Shown piece by piece: positions 18,565-27,979 of a stretch of 64,000 bases of DNA (positions are counted from its first letter, which is position 1; each line of letters starts with the position of its first letter). Origin of the DNA: a virus. The position numbers and the translations under genes were made by a program. The notes beneath the pieces are model-generated. The model searched no databases. It was not told the origin of the DNA and saw only the letters and a program-made list of their open reading frames with translations. The stretch spans positions 1 to 64,000 of the IMG/VR virus record IMGVR_UViG_3300049433_000139. One strand, given 5' to 3'.

Positions 18565-21212
18565 TAACGAACACCTGTGCCGGCGAAACGCGCCTGTGAC
18601 GCGGACTGCTTCGCGATGCCGGCAAGCTTTTGCTCGTGTGCTGCCAACACGCGTTGCATCGACTGTACCGTTTTGTCATCGGCGTTGCCTTGAATATGGA
18701 TATGCGTGTCACCAAAGGACACGCCACCGCCGCCGCTCTCCGCTGCAGGCGTGACGTAGCCGCCACCCGCGTAGCCGCGCAGTTTATTCAAATTACCTAC
18801 GCCAATCCGACTGGTCGTGGCTGCGTCCATGACGTATTCGCCGCGATGGACAATGCCGGCCGGCTCGTTCTTTCCACCGGGTCCGGTATAGCCGCCGCTG
18901 GCGAAACCCAAGGGCGCTCCGCCAACCGAAGTAGCTCCTACAGCACCAGGGACCGTTCCGCCTGGAGATATCGCGTTGACTCCCGGCAGAAAACCACCGA
19001 ACGCACCTTGCAACGAGCGCAGTAGAGGCGCGACGATCATCGCTTTAATGAAAGCTTCCTCCAAGGCACGAACAATCGCCTTGCTCATGTCGCGGAAACC
19101 GTTGCTTACAGACTTAGTGCCGTCGAGCACGTCGGCAAGGCCGGGAGTCAGTGTGCCAGATACAGAAGATGACACACCGGCAATTGCTGTATTGGTTCGC
19201 AGAGCCGATGCTTCCACGCTGCCTAGCGCAGTCGCTACGTCCGGATAAACACCTTTGAGCTGTTGTGCAATCTGCACATCTTCCGGTGCGAGCAGTGCCG
19301 TGCTGGCGCCGAATTTGATTTCGCCGGCAATCTTTGCCTTTTCCAGTAATTGAACCCGCTCGGCGTACTTTGTATTTTCCGCGACCAATCGATCATATTG
19401 TGCTTGATCGAAACCCGTGTGATTTCGAGCCGCCTCTGCACGCAGCGCTGTGTACACTTGCCAGTTTGCTTTGAGCAGTGCGACTTCGCCTGTGGTTTTA
19501 CCAAGGGAAATGATTTCAACGTTAGTAGCGCCGACGCTATCCTGCGCGCTGCGCAATCGATCCTGCGCGGCTTGAGTCAATTGGTAACTAGCTGCGGCAC
19601 CCGCTACCGCCGCAGCTTTGCTGGCGAGGCCCTGTTTTTCCGAAAGCGAAAGGTTTTGCCCGGCTAAGCTCAACATCGTCTGTTGATATGCGATATCCGC
19701 GCGCTGCGACGGCGACTTTGCGCTAATCGCTTTTAATTGAAGGTCGGACGTCGCCGTTGCACTCTCAACGGTCGAGAGGTAGGAATCGCCGATTTCCTTC
19801 GCGCGCGATTTGGCTAGTGCTACTTGTTCGGCCGTAAGGCCGAGCGATTTCAGTAACCCCGGATCACCACCAACACCTTGAACGGCTGTATTAACATCAG
19901 CCAAGTTTCTCTTTATACCTACTTCGGGCACGAGACTGCTTATAACCGGACCAAGCGTCAACGATTGCGCGTTGGTTTGAATCTTGCGCATTTCCTCGGC
20001 TGCGTCTCTGAGCTTGTTGCCGAGTTTTTCGGACTCTTCTTGTGCCTTGTGGAGGCGATCGACAAGTCCATCCATGGCCGATGAAAACAGCGGACTATTT
20101 TGGAGGGTCTTGTTGGATTGAAGTTTCCCGATTTCGTCTTGTGTCTTTTTGATTTTATCCAGGCTGTTCGCGAACTTCGTTTGATCGGACTCGTTTCCTC
20201 CGATTAGCTGCCCGACGACACTCACACCACCGGACAGGCGAGTTTTGAAACTCTCCCACACCTTGGAAAGGCCGCTGGCAGAATCAGCCGCGCCGTCCGT
20301 GCTGCTTTTCACGCCGTCCAAAATGATCTTTTGAGCTGCTGTCGCGTTGTTCTGCGTGACCAGGGATTTGATAAGGCTTTGCGTGTTGAAGTCGAGAAAA
20401 CCCAAGCGTTCGTTAAGTTGATCAGCACCTGCAACGGGATCAACCAAAGCTTTTGCCAGGGAGGCAGCGGCCTTGGTAGTGTCGACTCCCATGATTTTCG
20501 CATAATCGCGCGTGACCGCGATGGCAGAACCGAATAGGTCTTTGCTGATCTTGCCGGTCTGCGCCAGTGTAGAAGCGATTTCCGAGGCGGCTGTAACAGA
20601 TACTTTGCTGGCCGATGCCGACGCCACGGCAATGCCGTTGATATCATCGACAGTTGCGCCCGAAGCCTTACCAATGCCCTTAAGAGACAATTGGATTTTC
20701 TCTTGGGAATCGGACCACGATTTAGCGACGTAAAAGGCACCAGCCGCGAGCGCTAAAGCAGCGACGCCAGCGGCTCGGGCCGGCGTGATGAATTCCAAAA
20801 GCTTAGAACCGACCTCGCCGAACGCACCGGAGATTCCGCCTTCTCCGCTCGCCGCAAAGCTGAGGTGGTTCATTTGTTGCGTTAGCGCTTGCGAAAGCGG
20901 AATACCGAGGGCGATGCTCTCGCCCATGGATCGAATAGAGTGGAACGCCGCTTGCGCCTGGATAGACATACCGGCATGTGCATGTGAAGCGCGGTCAGAG
21001 GCGTCGGCAAGTGAGTCTGTTGCACCAGCGGCCGGCGCTACGGCTTCATGCAGGGCTTTAACGGCAGCGCTGGATTTAGCGCCAGACGCGGCCAATTTAT
21101 CCGTGTTTACAGCAGCCGCGGCGCTCTTAGTAGCGAGCTGGTCAAGCGCGGTGTTAGCCGTTACGACTTGACGCGAATCAACCGCAAGACCGAGTGTTGC
21201 AATATCGGTCAT
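18564..21212 (-). CDS. Tape measure protein
   Basis: 882 aa, Ala-rich helical; C-terminal FASGGYTG..GIVHRGEYV. Confidence 0.9.
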   Translation of the reverse strand: MTDIATLGLAVDSRQVVTANTALDQLATKSAAAAVNTDKLAASGAKSSAAVKALHEAVAPAAGATDSLADASDRASHAHAGMSIQAQAAFHSIRSMGESIALGIPLSQALTQQMNHLSFAASGEGGISGAFGEVGSKLLEFITPARAAGVAALALAAGAFYVAKSWSDSQEKIQLSLKGIGKASGATVDDINGIAVASASASKVSVTAASEIASTLAQTGKISKDLFGSAIAVTRDYAKIMGVDTTKAAASLAKALVDPVAGADQLNERLGFLDFNTQSLIKSLVTQNNATAAQKIILDGVKSSTDGAADSASGLSKVWESFKTRLSGGVSVVGQLIGGNESDQTKFANSLDKIKKTQDEIGKLQSNKTLQNSPLFSSAMDGLVDRLHKAQEESEKLGNKLRDAAEEMRKIQTNAQSLTLGPVISSLVPEVGIKRNLADVNTAVQGVGGDPGLLKSLGLTAEQVALAKSRAKEIGDSYLSTVESATATSDLQLKAISAKSPSQRADIAYQQTMLSLAGQNLSLSEKQGLASKAAAVAGAAASYQLTQAAQDRLRSAQDSVGATNVEIISLGKTTGEVALLKANWQVYTALRAEAARNHTGFDQAQYDRLVAENTKYAERVQLLEKAKIAGEIKFGASTALLAPEDVQIAQQLKGVYPDVATALGSVEASALRTNTAIAGVSSSVSGTLTPGLADVLDGTKSVSNGFRDMSKAIVRALEEAFIKAMIVAPLLRSLQGAFGGFLPGVNAISPGGTVPGAVGATSVGGAPLGFASGGYTGPGGKNEPAGIVHRGEYVMDAATTSRIGVGNLNKLRGYAGGGYVTPAAESGGGGVSFGDTHIHIQGNADDKTVQSMQRVLAAHEQKLAGIAKQSASQARFAGTGVR

Positions 21213-21457
21213 GGAAACAACACATCAAACAACGCAGGCGTGATATTTTGCACAGGAGCGACGACCGCACTTGGCGAATCCTCTCCGCTCCCGTAACGCG
21301 CACGCGTCAGTCCGTTTTCGAATTTAATTCGAGATGAAATTGCGCGGGCTAGGGCGTCGATCGGCATTTTACTCACTTGCTTGTGGGTATACCCACACAC
21401 GCCCATGCCGTCGTTTTCCAGCCACTCCAAATATTCGGAGTGGCTTAGGCTTCCCCC
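21209..21457 (-). CDS. Tail assembly chaperone C-terminal extension (gpT-like, -1 frame)
   Basis: Open in the -1 frame from slippery GGGGGAA (21451-21457) to the stop overlapping the tape measure start. Confidence 0.65.
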   Translation of the reverse strand, partial: GGSLSHSEYLEWLENDGMGVCGYTHKQVSKMPIDALARAISSRIKFENGLTRARYGSGEDSPSAVVAPVQNITPALFDVLFP

Positions 21458-21768
21458 GACTCGCTACCCTCCGACGGCGCGACAGGACGGCCGCCGTTAA
21501 CGAGATAGTCGACGAACGTGGAAAGCGGTGTGACCAGGGACGGCATGCCTGTTTTGTAAACGGCGTTCTCGACTTCGCTTGCTTTCTTATCCAGGCCGGC
21601 TGCGACCACCGCCACATAGAAATCCAAATCGCCCTGGCCGAGACGATTCGCTACGTGCGAAAAACCACCGCTCGCGTTGATGCGCTTTGCAGCGGCCAAA
21701 GAGCAGCGAAGTACGGCGGCCTTGCCGTCAAGCGTAATTTCGACTTCGCCGATTGAAGCGTCTGCCAT
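21445..21768 (-). CDS. Tail assembly chaperone (gpG-like)
   Basis: Between major tail and tape measure genes; ends ..TCG GGG GAA GCC TAA. Confidence 0.8.
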   Translation of the reverse strand: MADASIGEVEITLDGKAAVLRCSLAAAKRINASGGFSHVANRLGQGDLDFYVAVVAAGLDKKASEVENAVYKTGMPSLVTPLSTFVDYLVNGGRPVAPSEGSESGEA

Positions 21769-21794
21769 TCAATTCCCCTGTGTCGCGCGCGCCG

Positions 21795-22529
21795 TTACTG
21801 AATGGCGGCGAAACGAACGATGTTGCTGTTGATTTCGATTGTGCTATCGAGGTTGCGAATGGTGTTCGCGGCGCCGCCAGTTTCCTGCGCATTCATCACC
21901 AGGCCGATGAAATAGCGCTGCGACGGAACCGGGACGGACGATCTGGTATGGACACCAGACTGAGTGCCGGTCGTGGTGATAGCGGAACCGCCCGAAGTGG
22001 CTGCTACGCTGTACGCGCCGGCCGCAAAACCAGCGGCGGCAACAAAATACGTGGTGCCCGCAACAAGGCCGGTCGGCAACGCGCCAGTCGTCGCGAACGA
22101 AACCTGGTCACCAATAGAAAGGCCATGCGCCGCGTCAGTGAATACGCCAGGCACCGCAATGGTGACAGTCACAACAGCGGACGATACCGGCGCGGCATCG
22201 TTCCACGCAATCTTGCAGGCGTAGTTGCTCTTGTTGCTCGGCAGCGACGCTGCAATCAACGCAAGCTGGCCAGGATCGGCGGCGTTGAACGTGAAAATGT
22301 TTTGCATCGAGCCGGCGTTCGAGGTGCCCTTCTGCTTGGCGTCCCGGCCGCGATTGATAAGCGGCGTGCTAATGAGCGCCGCGGCATCGCCGATGGTTCC
22401 GGCCTGTGACCAACCGTCGACTTCAACCCACGTTTGACTCGTGAAGTCCCCGAGCACGAAATCAGCGTTCTTATCATTGAGAACACCGCCGAGATAGAAG
22501 TGGGAACCTGCAACGGGAAACAGAGACAT
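21795..22529 (-). CDS. Major tail (tube) protein
   Basis: GTIGD..KQKGTSNAGSM..DPGQLAL..IEINSNIV; central inserted beta-rich domain. Confidence 0.85.
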   Translation of the reverse strand: MSLFPVAGSHFYLGGVLNDKNADFVLGDFTSQTWVEVDGWSQAGTIGDAAALISTPLINRGRDAKQKGTSNAGSMQNIFTFNAADPGQLALIAASLPSNKSNYACKIAWNDAAPVSSAVVTVTIAVPGVFTDAAHGLSIGDQVSFATTGALPTGLVAGTTYFVAAAGFAAGAYSVAATSGGSAITTTGTQSGVHTRSSVPVPSQRYFIGLVMNAQETGGAANTIRNLDSTIEINSNIVRFAAIQ

Positions 22530-22538
22530 GAGCGTTCC

Positions 22539-22964
22539 TTATCTTACAAAGGTGCGGTAGCGGATGCTTACCGGCGTTCGGGTGTAGGGCGCATCAGCGA
22601 TGGGCGCTGCGATTGCGGGCGTCTCGTATACATCCACTTGGACGCTGCCGTTTGTCAGGCGCGTGCCTCGCGGAAACCACGCGGCGACCGCGTCGGCGAT
22701 CTGCGTCGGCGTTTTGGTCCCGCCCGCCGGAAACTGCTTGGTCACTACTGTGACCTGTAGAATGCCCGCGTGCTCGTCCCACGCCGAAATGCCAACCCCT
22801 GCCGTGGCAGCGCGAAGAATCGCGCATTCAAGATAATTGCCGATCGCGGGTGGCGTGAACACCACGTCCGGGTACGCCACCGGCAGAACCGGCGAAAGGG
22901 TTAACGCTGCAAGGCGCGTAAACAGCGCTTCCGTGATCTGCGCTTCGACGCCCACAGCGGTCAT
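22539..22964 (-). CDS. Tail terminator protein (DUF4128-like)
   Basis: VAYPDVVFTPP..GILQVTV..FPRG..PVSIRY. Confidence 0.75.
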   Translation of the reverse strand: MTAVGVEAQITEALFTRLAALTLSPVLPVAYPDVVFTPPAIGNYLECAILRAATAGVGISAWDEHAGILQVTVVTKQFPAGGTKTPTQIADAVAAWFPRGTRLTNGSVQVDVYETPAIAAPIADAPYTRTPVSIRYRTFVR

Positions 22965-22969
22965 GTTGC

Positions 22970-23001
22970 TTTATACCGCCAATTTTGCAAAAAGTCAACA
23001 G
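22970..23001 (-). promoter_or_regulatory. Phage promoter/operator cassette, copy 4 (tail genes)
   Basis: CTGTTGACTTTTTGCAAAATTGGCGGTATAAA, 5 nt before ATG 22964. Confidence 0.75.
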
Positions 23002-23071
23002 ATAACGAAACGCCCTAGACACGGCCGGGTTGTGCAGATAGCATCCCGCGTTTTTGGGGTTCATACAGATC

Positions 23072-23476
23072 ATGCGTTGCTTTCTATTACTCGCTTCTTC
23101 CGCTGCTCTTGCCGGCTGCGCTACGATCACAGAAGGAACCACACAAAACATCCGCGTCGAAGTGGTGCCCGATAGCGGAACTTGCGTTCTTTCGCGCAAG
23201 GGCGAAACTCTTGGCGCGTCGACACCTGGGCAGCGTATCGTCAACGTATCGAAGTCCATGAACGATATTGATTTCAAGTGTTCGGCACCCGGTCATCAGG
23301 ACAGGGATGAAAGTTTGTCATCGTCGCTTTCGCCAGCAACCGTTGCCAGTTTCTTTTTGTTCGACTTGGGTATTGTAGACGCTACTAGCGGCGCATGGAA
23401 AAAGTATCCAGGGCGCATAACAGTCGTGTTGCAACCGTTACCTACCGTATCGCCGCCGGCCGTGAAGCGGCGTTAA
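23072..23476 (+). CDS. Lipoprotein moron
   Basis: MRCFLLLASSAALAG-C lipobox; CATITEGTTQ..VDATSGAWKKYP; antisense to the late operon. Confidence 0.8.
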   Translation: MRCFLLLASSAALAGCATITEGTTQNIRVEVVPDSGTCVLSRKGETLGASTPGQRIVNVSKSMNDIDFKCSAPGHQDRDESLSSSLSPATVASFFLFDLGIVDATSGAWKKYPGRITVVLQPLPTVSPPAVKRR

Positions 23477-23877
23477 AGTGACGCGGCAGCCTGGTCCACG
23501 ATGCCGGAAAATTCGACAACTGTAATTCGGACAACCCCGCTCGGGGCTTGTTTTGACCAGCCATATTCGAGCCGACGCGAGTAGGAGAGATTAGAGCACA
23601 TCGTAATAATTGTTCCCGCGCTGAGTTGCGCAACAGCCGCGTTGACACGCGCAAAAGACGGTGCGCCAGACTTGTCGATCGTGCCGGGGTCATCGGTCGG
23701 AATTGAATTGATGGCAACAACCCATGAAGACTTAAAACGCCCTTCGTCTACCGGGGATTTCTGGATGACGCGCGAAAACATTTCCAGTGCGACTTTGCGC
23801 ACGACTAGATCGGCGTTGCCTTTAGCCTTCGCGCAAAATTCGGCGATCTGCGCGGCGAAAATTGAGCCGTTAGACAC
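23473..23877 (-). CDS. HK97 gp10-like tail completion/neck protein
   Basis: SPVDEGRFKSSW..NLSYSRRLEYGWSKQAPSG. Confidence 0.85.
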   Translation of the reverse strand: MSNGSIFAAQIAEFCAKAKGNADLVVRKVALEMFSRVIQKSPVDEGRFKSSWVVAINSIPTDDPGTIDKSGAPSFARVNAAVAQLSAGTIITMCSNLSYSRRLEYGWSKQAPSGVVRITVVEFSGIVDQAAASL

Positions 23878-24244
23878 GAATATGACAATCGAACAAAACG
23901 ACGGTCCCGGCCGGCGCGAGCGTATTCGCCTTCAGCACCGATTTGACCACGGCACCCACCACGATCGCGTCGCCCGGTAGCAGCGCGGTCACACCAAGCG
24001 CATTGAGTGGCCCGGCCGCGACCAGCCATCGTTCGTCATTTTCGAGGACGTTGCCGCCCTGCATCTGTTTCCATGTGAATTCGACCCTGGCGGCAAAGGT
24101 AGGATAGTCCGTGGGTGTAAGCGTAGGCGCGTAATCGGTGCCCGAGCTGGTCACGCGACGAACGGACGCGGCGGCGCCGAATTCTTGAATCATCTCGTCG
24201 GCGTCGTCGCGGCTTTCTAGGTAGTCGAATGTGTCAACAGCCAT
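23870..24244 (-). CDS. Head closure / head-tail joining protein
   Basis: Synteny; MIQEFG..PAGTVVLF. Confidence 0.65.
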   Translation of the reverse strand: MAVDTFDYLESRDDADEMIQEFGAAASVRRVTSSGTDYAPTLTPTDYPTFAARVEFTWKQMQGGNVLENDERWLVAAGPLNALGVTALLPGDAIVVGAVVKSVLKANTLAPAGTVVLFDCHIRV

Positions 24245-24286
24245 ATGCGCGATCCCGTATCCCGTGGAAATATACGCGAGTGCGCA

Positions 24287-24661
24287 TCACAGCAGCTCCA
24301 GATGCCAAGTCCACTCAACGTGTTCGATTCCATCGTCGCTGAAATGCGGATCATGGACGAGCGAGCCGAATGAATAGATTGTTGAATGGTAAACGCCTCG
24401 CGGCGAAAGTCCGTTGGCGATATAAAAAGCGGGCATTGCCGTTACTTCGTGCCCGCCAGTGCGTTTCAAACGCATCTTGAACATACGCGCCAGCCAATCA
24501 TCGCAACGGTCTTTGTAGTTATCGTTTCGGCCGAACATCTGATCAAATGGCGGGACCATCCACAACGGAATATCAAGCAACGATGCGACGCATGCTGCAA
24601 AGCAATTACCGTTTCCGATACCTTCTGGCGAATATAGTCGATCCTGCTTGACGGGTCTCAC
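24287..24661 (-). CDS. Hypothetical protein, papain-like C..H..DP pattern
   Basis: GNCFAACVASLL..GLSPRG..H..LVHDPH. Confidence 0.55.
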   Translation of the reverse strand: MRPVKQDRLYSPEGIGNGNCFAACVASLLDIPLWMVPPFDQMFGRNDNYKDRCDDWLARMFKMRLKRTGGHEVTAMPAFYIANGLSPRGVYHSTIYSFGSLVHDPHFSDDGIEHVEWTWHLELL

Positions 24662-25221
24662 GCCCGCACCAGCCGCACGTTCCCGCTGCTCGCGCCCGGC
24701 GTGCTCGTCACGAGGCCGCGCAGAATTCCCTCAATAACCATGTAGCGGTCCACGGCCGGCGCACCGTCTATGTACGTTATATCCTTGCGCAACGGCCCTA
24801 CCGACTTCCCGATGCTTTTAATCTGCCCGCCGCGGACCAGTGTCGGCTCCATATCCGCGCCGCCCAAGGCGAGCAAAGCGGCTTCCATGGCGGCATGCTG
24901 CACTTGGAGTGGCACCGTCGTGCTGGGGATCTGAAATCCGTTGATATCTACCAATGGATACTGCATTGAGCGGTGCCAAGGGTCTCGGCTACCGTCCAGT
25001 CGAGGCCACGCAAGCGCTTGCGTTTGGGTAACGGTCAAACCAACCCATCGCGCCCGGTATTGGTTTTCCAGGTAAGCGGTCCCCTTGCGTGCCGCAGCCT
25101 CTTTGACTGCCGTAGCGCCGGTCCACGCTGTCACGCCCCGAGCGGAGAAGTACGTATCGGCGTCCGTAATGGCGAAATATGACTCTGCCGCTACGTCACC
25201 CGCTGTGCTATTAAGCGCCAT
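24658..25221 (-). CDS. Head-tail connector (DnaT-like-domain family)
   Basis: AESY..ADTYF..QALAWPR..VGPL..Y. Confidence 0.75.
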   Translation of the reverse strand: MALNSTAGDVAAESYFAITDADTYFSARGVTAWTGATAVKEAAARKGTAYLENQYRARWVGLTVTQTQALAWPRLDGSRDPWHRSMQYPLVDINGFQIPSTTVPLQVQHAAMEAALLALGGADMEPTLVRGGQIKSIGKSVGPLRKDITYIDGAPAVDRYMVIEGILRGLVTSTPGASSGNVRLVRA

Positions 25222-25230
25222 TTCTGCCCC

Positions 25231-25740
25231 TTACGCTGCCGGCGCGAGTTGCGTCCAAAGCGGCTGCGCCTTGGTCCCGGTATTGATGTAGAGCGTGCCC
25301 GCCGTAATATTGGTATAGCGCGAACCGATGCCAGCGACGCCCTCGCCAGTAGCCGGCGGGGTGCCATCCGTGTAATCGACCGGAGCGCCCGCGCCGATGT
25401 ACTCCTTGACGTCGCCGACGGTGCCGTTTGCCGGCACGTGCGCAAGCAGGGCAGCCGCCGCAGCGGCGGCCAGCGTTTCCGCAGCGGTTGGGAAGTCTAC
25501 AGGCGCAGCGCTGTATGTCAGAAACCCTGTAAGCGCCTCAACCTGATATCGCGTGTCGGCAGCAAACGGTCCAACCAGAACTGTCGCACTCGCGGCAACC
25601 GCAGTAAGGCCGGGAGTATCGCCGATATATGAGATAAAAGGAAACAGGCGACCACTCGAAAGCGCATCCGCAACAATAGTGAGTTGTTGCCCGGCGGGAA
25701 GGGTGATCGTCTGCCATGAACCTTGAAAAACAGTGGTCAT
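25231..25740 (-). CDS. Putative virion structural/decoration protein
   Basis: AAGGA RBS, MTTVFQG start; C-terminal GSRYTN..LYINTGT. Confidence 0.55.
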   Translation of the reverse strand: MTTVFQGSWQTITLPAGQQLTIVADALSSGRLFPFISYIGDTPGLTAVAASATVLVGPFAADTRYQVEALTGFLTYSAAPVDFPTAAETLAAAAAAALLAHVPANGTVGDVKEYIGAGAPVDYTDGTPPATGEGVAGIGSRYTNITAGTLYINTGTKAQPLWTQLAPAA

Positions 25741-25973
25741 GTGATTTCCTTTTTGATGCCTGCCACGGTGCCGAAAAATGCCCCGACCATCGCCGGTAAA
25801 AGCATCCACGGGTCATTGACGAAGTTAATGGCGGCATAGCCGCTCAAAGCGATGATGCCCGCCGCGTAAATTCCAGCCGCACCCCGGCTGCATTTGCCTA
25901 TCGCGGTCGTGTATCGTGCATAGAGGAAATCAAGCACGAACACGGATATCAAGACGAGCAAAGCGTTACCCAT
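25737..25973 (-). CDS. Small membrane protein (3 TM)
   Basis: Hydrophobic 78-aa ORF coupled to its neighbours. Confidence 0.6.
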   Translation of the reverse strand: MGNALLVLISVFVLDFLYARYTTAIGKCSRGAAGIYAAGIIALSGYAAINFVNDPWMLLPAMVGAFFGTVAGIKKEIT

Positions 25974-26338
25974 CAATAAAACGCTTTCGGGTCGAATCCG
26001 TGATGTTTGCAAACCTGGGCGGCATACTTGCGAAACGGTACGTTGTGCGTGTCACCGCCACCGCGCAGGCTTTCCATCCCGGTCGCTTCAAGATGAAGGT
26101 GAATCATTTCGTGTGCCATAAAGCGCATTAACGTCCATGTGTGCCCAATTGAAATAGTCGACGCCGTAATCGTGTGCCGTTTTCCATCCCACTGATATCT
26201 CCCAAATTCTTTCTTGTTTCGAGAAAGTTTGAATCCCACTTCCTCGGATTCGGGCAAATTCCATCGGTTAAATGGTGGCGTAAGGCGCAGAAAATCATAT
26301 GACGCCGCCAGCGTTTCCGGATTGAGTGGCAGCGCCAT
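25973..26338 (-). CDS. SprT-like zinc metalloprotease
   Basis: HEMIH zincin motif plus downstream H..F. Confidence 0.7.
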   Translation of the reverse strand: MALPLNPETLAASYDFLRLTPPFNRWNLPESEEVGFKLSRNKKEFGRYQWDGKRHTITASTISIGHTWTLMRFMAHEMIHLHLEATGMESLRGGGDTHNVPFRKYAAQVCKHHGFDPKAFY

Positions 26339-26343
26339 GGTCG

Positions 26344-26646
26344 TCAGCCTCGCGACTTCAACTTAGCTTCAATAACGTCGATCGCTTGGCGCTTGTTCTC
26401 AACTGCGCGACCGGATACCACGGCAGCGAGTTGTCGAAGCGGTCCTGCGTCCTGCGAACGCCAGTCGGCAGGCAATTTGGCAAGTAGGTCGACAGGAGGA
26501 ACCGGCAGGGCAGGAAGCGGAGGCAACGCGGGCGCGGGCGGCGGCTCTGTCCACGGCTCGTGCTGCGCAGGGTCAAAGTCAGACTCATTGATGACACAGA
26601 AGCCGTCACCACGTTTGATCTTAACTGTCGGGCAGATATCGGACAT
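26344..26646 (-). CDS. Hypothetical head-associated protein
   Basis: TVKIK..INESDFDPAQHE, Pro linker; AAGGAG RBS; follows the capsid gene. Confidence 0.7.
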   Translation of the reverse strand: MSDICPTVKIKRGDGFCVINESDFDPAQHEPWTEPPPAPALPPLPALPVPPVDLLAKLPADWRSQDAGPLRQLAAVVSGRAVENKRQAIDVIEAKLKSRG

Positions 26647-26709
26647 TTAGTCTCCTTGATGGACTCTATGAAGCGGGGCGGTTTTGACGCGCCCCACTCT
26701 TAGAACCCA

Positions 26710-26746
26710 TTTGCAAACCTACAACCGATTTGCAAAAAGTCAACAG
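26710..26746 (-). promoter_or_regulatory. Phage promoter/operator cassette, copy 5 (abuts capsid stop codon)
   Basis: CTGTTGACTTTTTGCAAATCGGTTGTAGGTT with a second TTTGCAAA over the -10 box. Confidence 0.75.
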
Positions 26747-27922
26747 TTATGCGCCGATCAGAACGCCAGCATAACGGGGCATAATCATCTTAACGCCCCA
26801 CGCCAGGTTCACTTCGTAACGAAGCTGGCGCTTCTGCCGATACAGAGCGAACTCATACGCGATGCCCGAAACGGGATCGACGATGACTTCGACCTGATCC
26901 GCACTGTCTCCACCTTCCGGCATGGCCGGCGCGCGGGTAGCGAGCTGGATAGCCGAACGATGGAAGAACATATTACGGGTCGTCGCCGCAATGGTCGTGA
27001 TGACCACGGCAGACGCGGCCAGGGCCACCTTAAGGCCCGGTTCCGCGATAATCAGCGTTCCGGCGCCGGTCGCGACGTTGGTGTCACCTTGCACAACCAG
27101 GTACTTGTTGGTGTCACCGGCAAACGTGATGATGTCACCCGCGATGATGGTGCCAGTGCCGGCGTCGGCCATGGTGATCGACGTGGTGCCGACTGCGTAG
27201 CCGGTCGCGTCGGTCGTAGCCGAGCCGTTATTGGTGCCGACGGTAACAGCCGCCTTGACCTGTGCCGACTCGTGGAGTGCCCAATTCTGCACGACACCAA
27301 GCGATCCGGTGCGGAGCAGTGCATCGCTGCCCGCCTCGTTCACTTTGAACAAGGTGGACTGCTTGCCGCGGATGTTGGTCGCGGCGTTGTCGCCGAGAAC
27401 CATATGACGGTCGGACTGCGGAGCGCCGTTGGCATTGAGGATTTTCGTCGAATTGGCGAAATCCGACAAGTCAGCGGCGGTGCCGAACGGCGTGGTGTTG
27501 AAAGTGCCATAGGCGCGACTGGCATAGATATGCAGCGCCGCGAGATCGGCTTCAACCTCGTTGGTCAAGGTACGCAAGCACTGCGCGATACGGTCGCGAT
27601 TGATGGTCGCGAGCGAACCGGAAACGCCCTTGGATTCCTCGCCGGTGATGCCAAACGGCACCGAACGAGCTTTGGTAATCGTCATATCGACGTAGTTGAT
27701 CGTCTGATTCGGGGCAGACGCCGAAACGTTGTCCACAGTCAGATTTTCGGCCGCCATCGCGCCGACAACCGGCGAACGGACAACCTGGTCGATGGCGGCA
27801 CGTTCCGCCGAAAAGTCCTGCGACACGGCACGGACAAATCCGACCTGTTCGCGAGCAACAACGTCCATTGCCTCGTAAATGGTGGGAATCAGCCCCGTAA
27901 GAGTGGTGGTGGTCTTGGTCAT
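26747..27922 (-). CDS. Major capsid protein (P22 coat-like)
   Basis: 391 aa after the scaffold gene; VVAREQVG..LTNEVEADL..FHRSAIQLATRAP..WGVK. Confidence 0.9.
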   Translation of the reverse strand: MTKTTTTLTGLIPTIYEAMDVVAREQVGFVRAVSQDFSAERAAIDQVVRSPVVGAMAAENLTVDNVSASAPNQTINYVDMTITKARSVPFGITGEESKGVSGSLATINRDRIAQCLRTLTNEVEADLAALHIYASRAYGTFNTTPFGTAADLSDFANSTKILNANGAPQSDRHMVLGDNAATNIRGKQSTLFKVNEAGSDALLRTGSLGVVQNWALHESAQVKAAVTVGTNNGSATTDATGYAVGTTSITMADAGTGTIIAGDIITFAGDTNKYLVVQGDTNVATGAGTLIIAEPGLKVALAASAVVITTIAATTRNMFFHRSAIQLATRAPAMPEGGDSADQVEVIVDPVSGIAYEFALYRQKRQLRYEVNLAWGVKMIMPRYAGVLIGA

Positions 27923-27979
27923 AGTAGTGTCAGCCTTTCGTGCTGTTCATGGATGCGGGGCCGTAGTGGCGTGCCGCGG

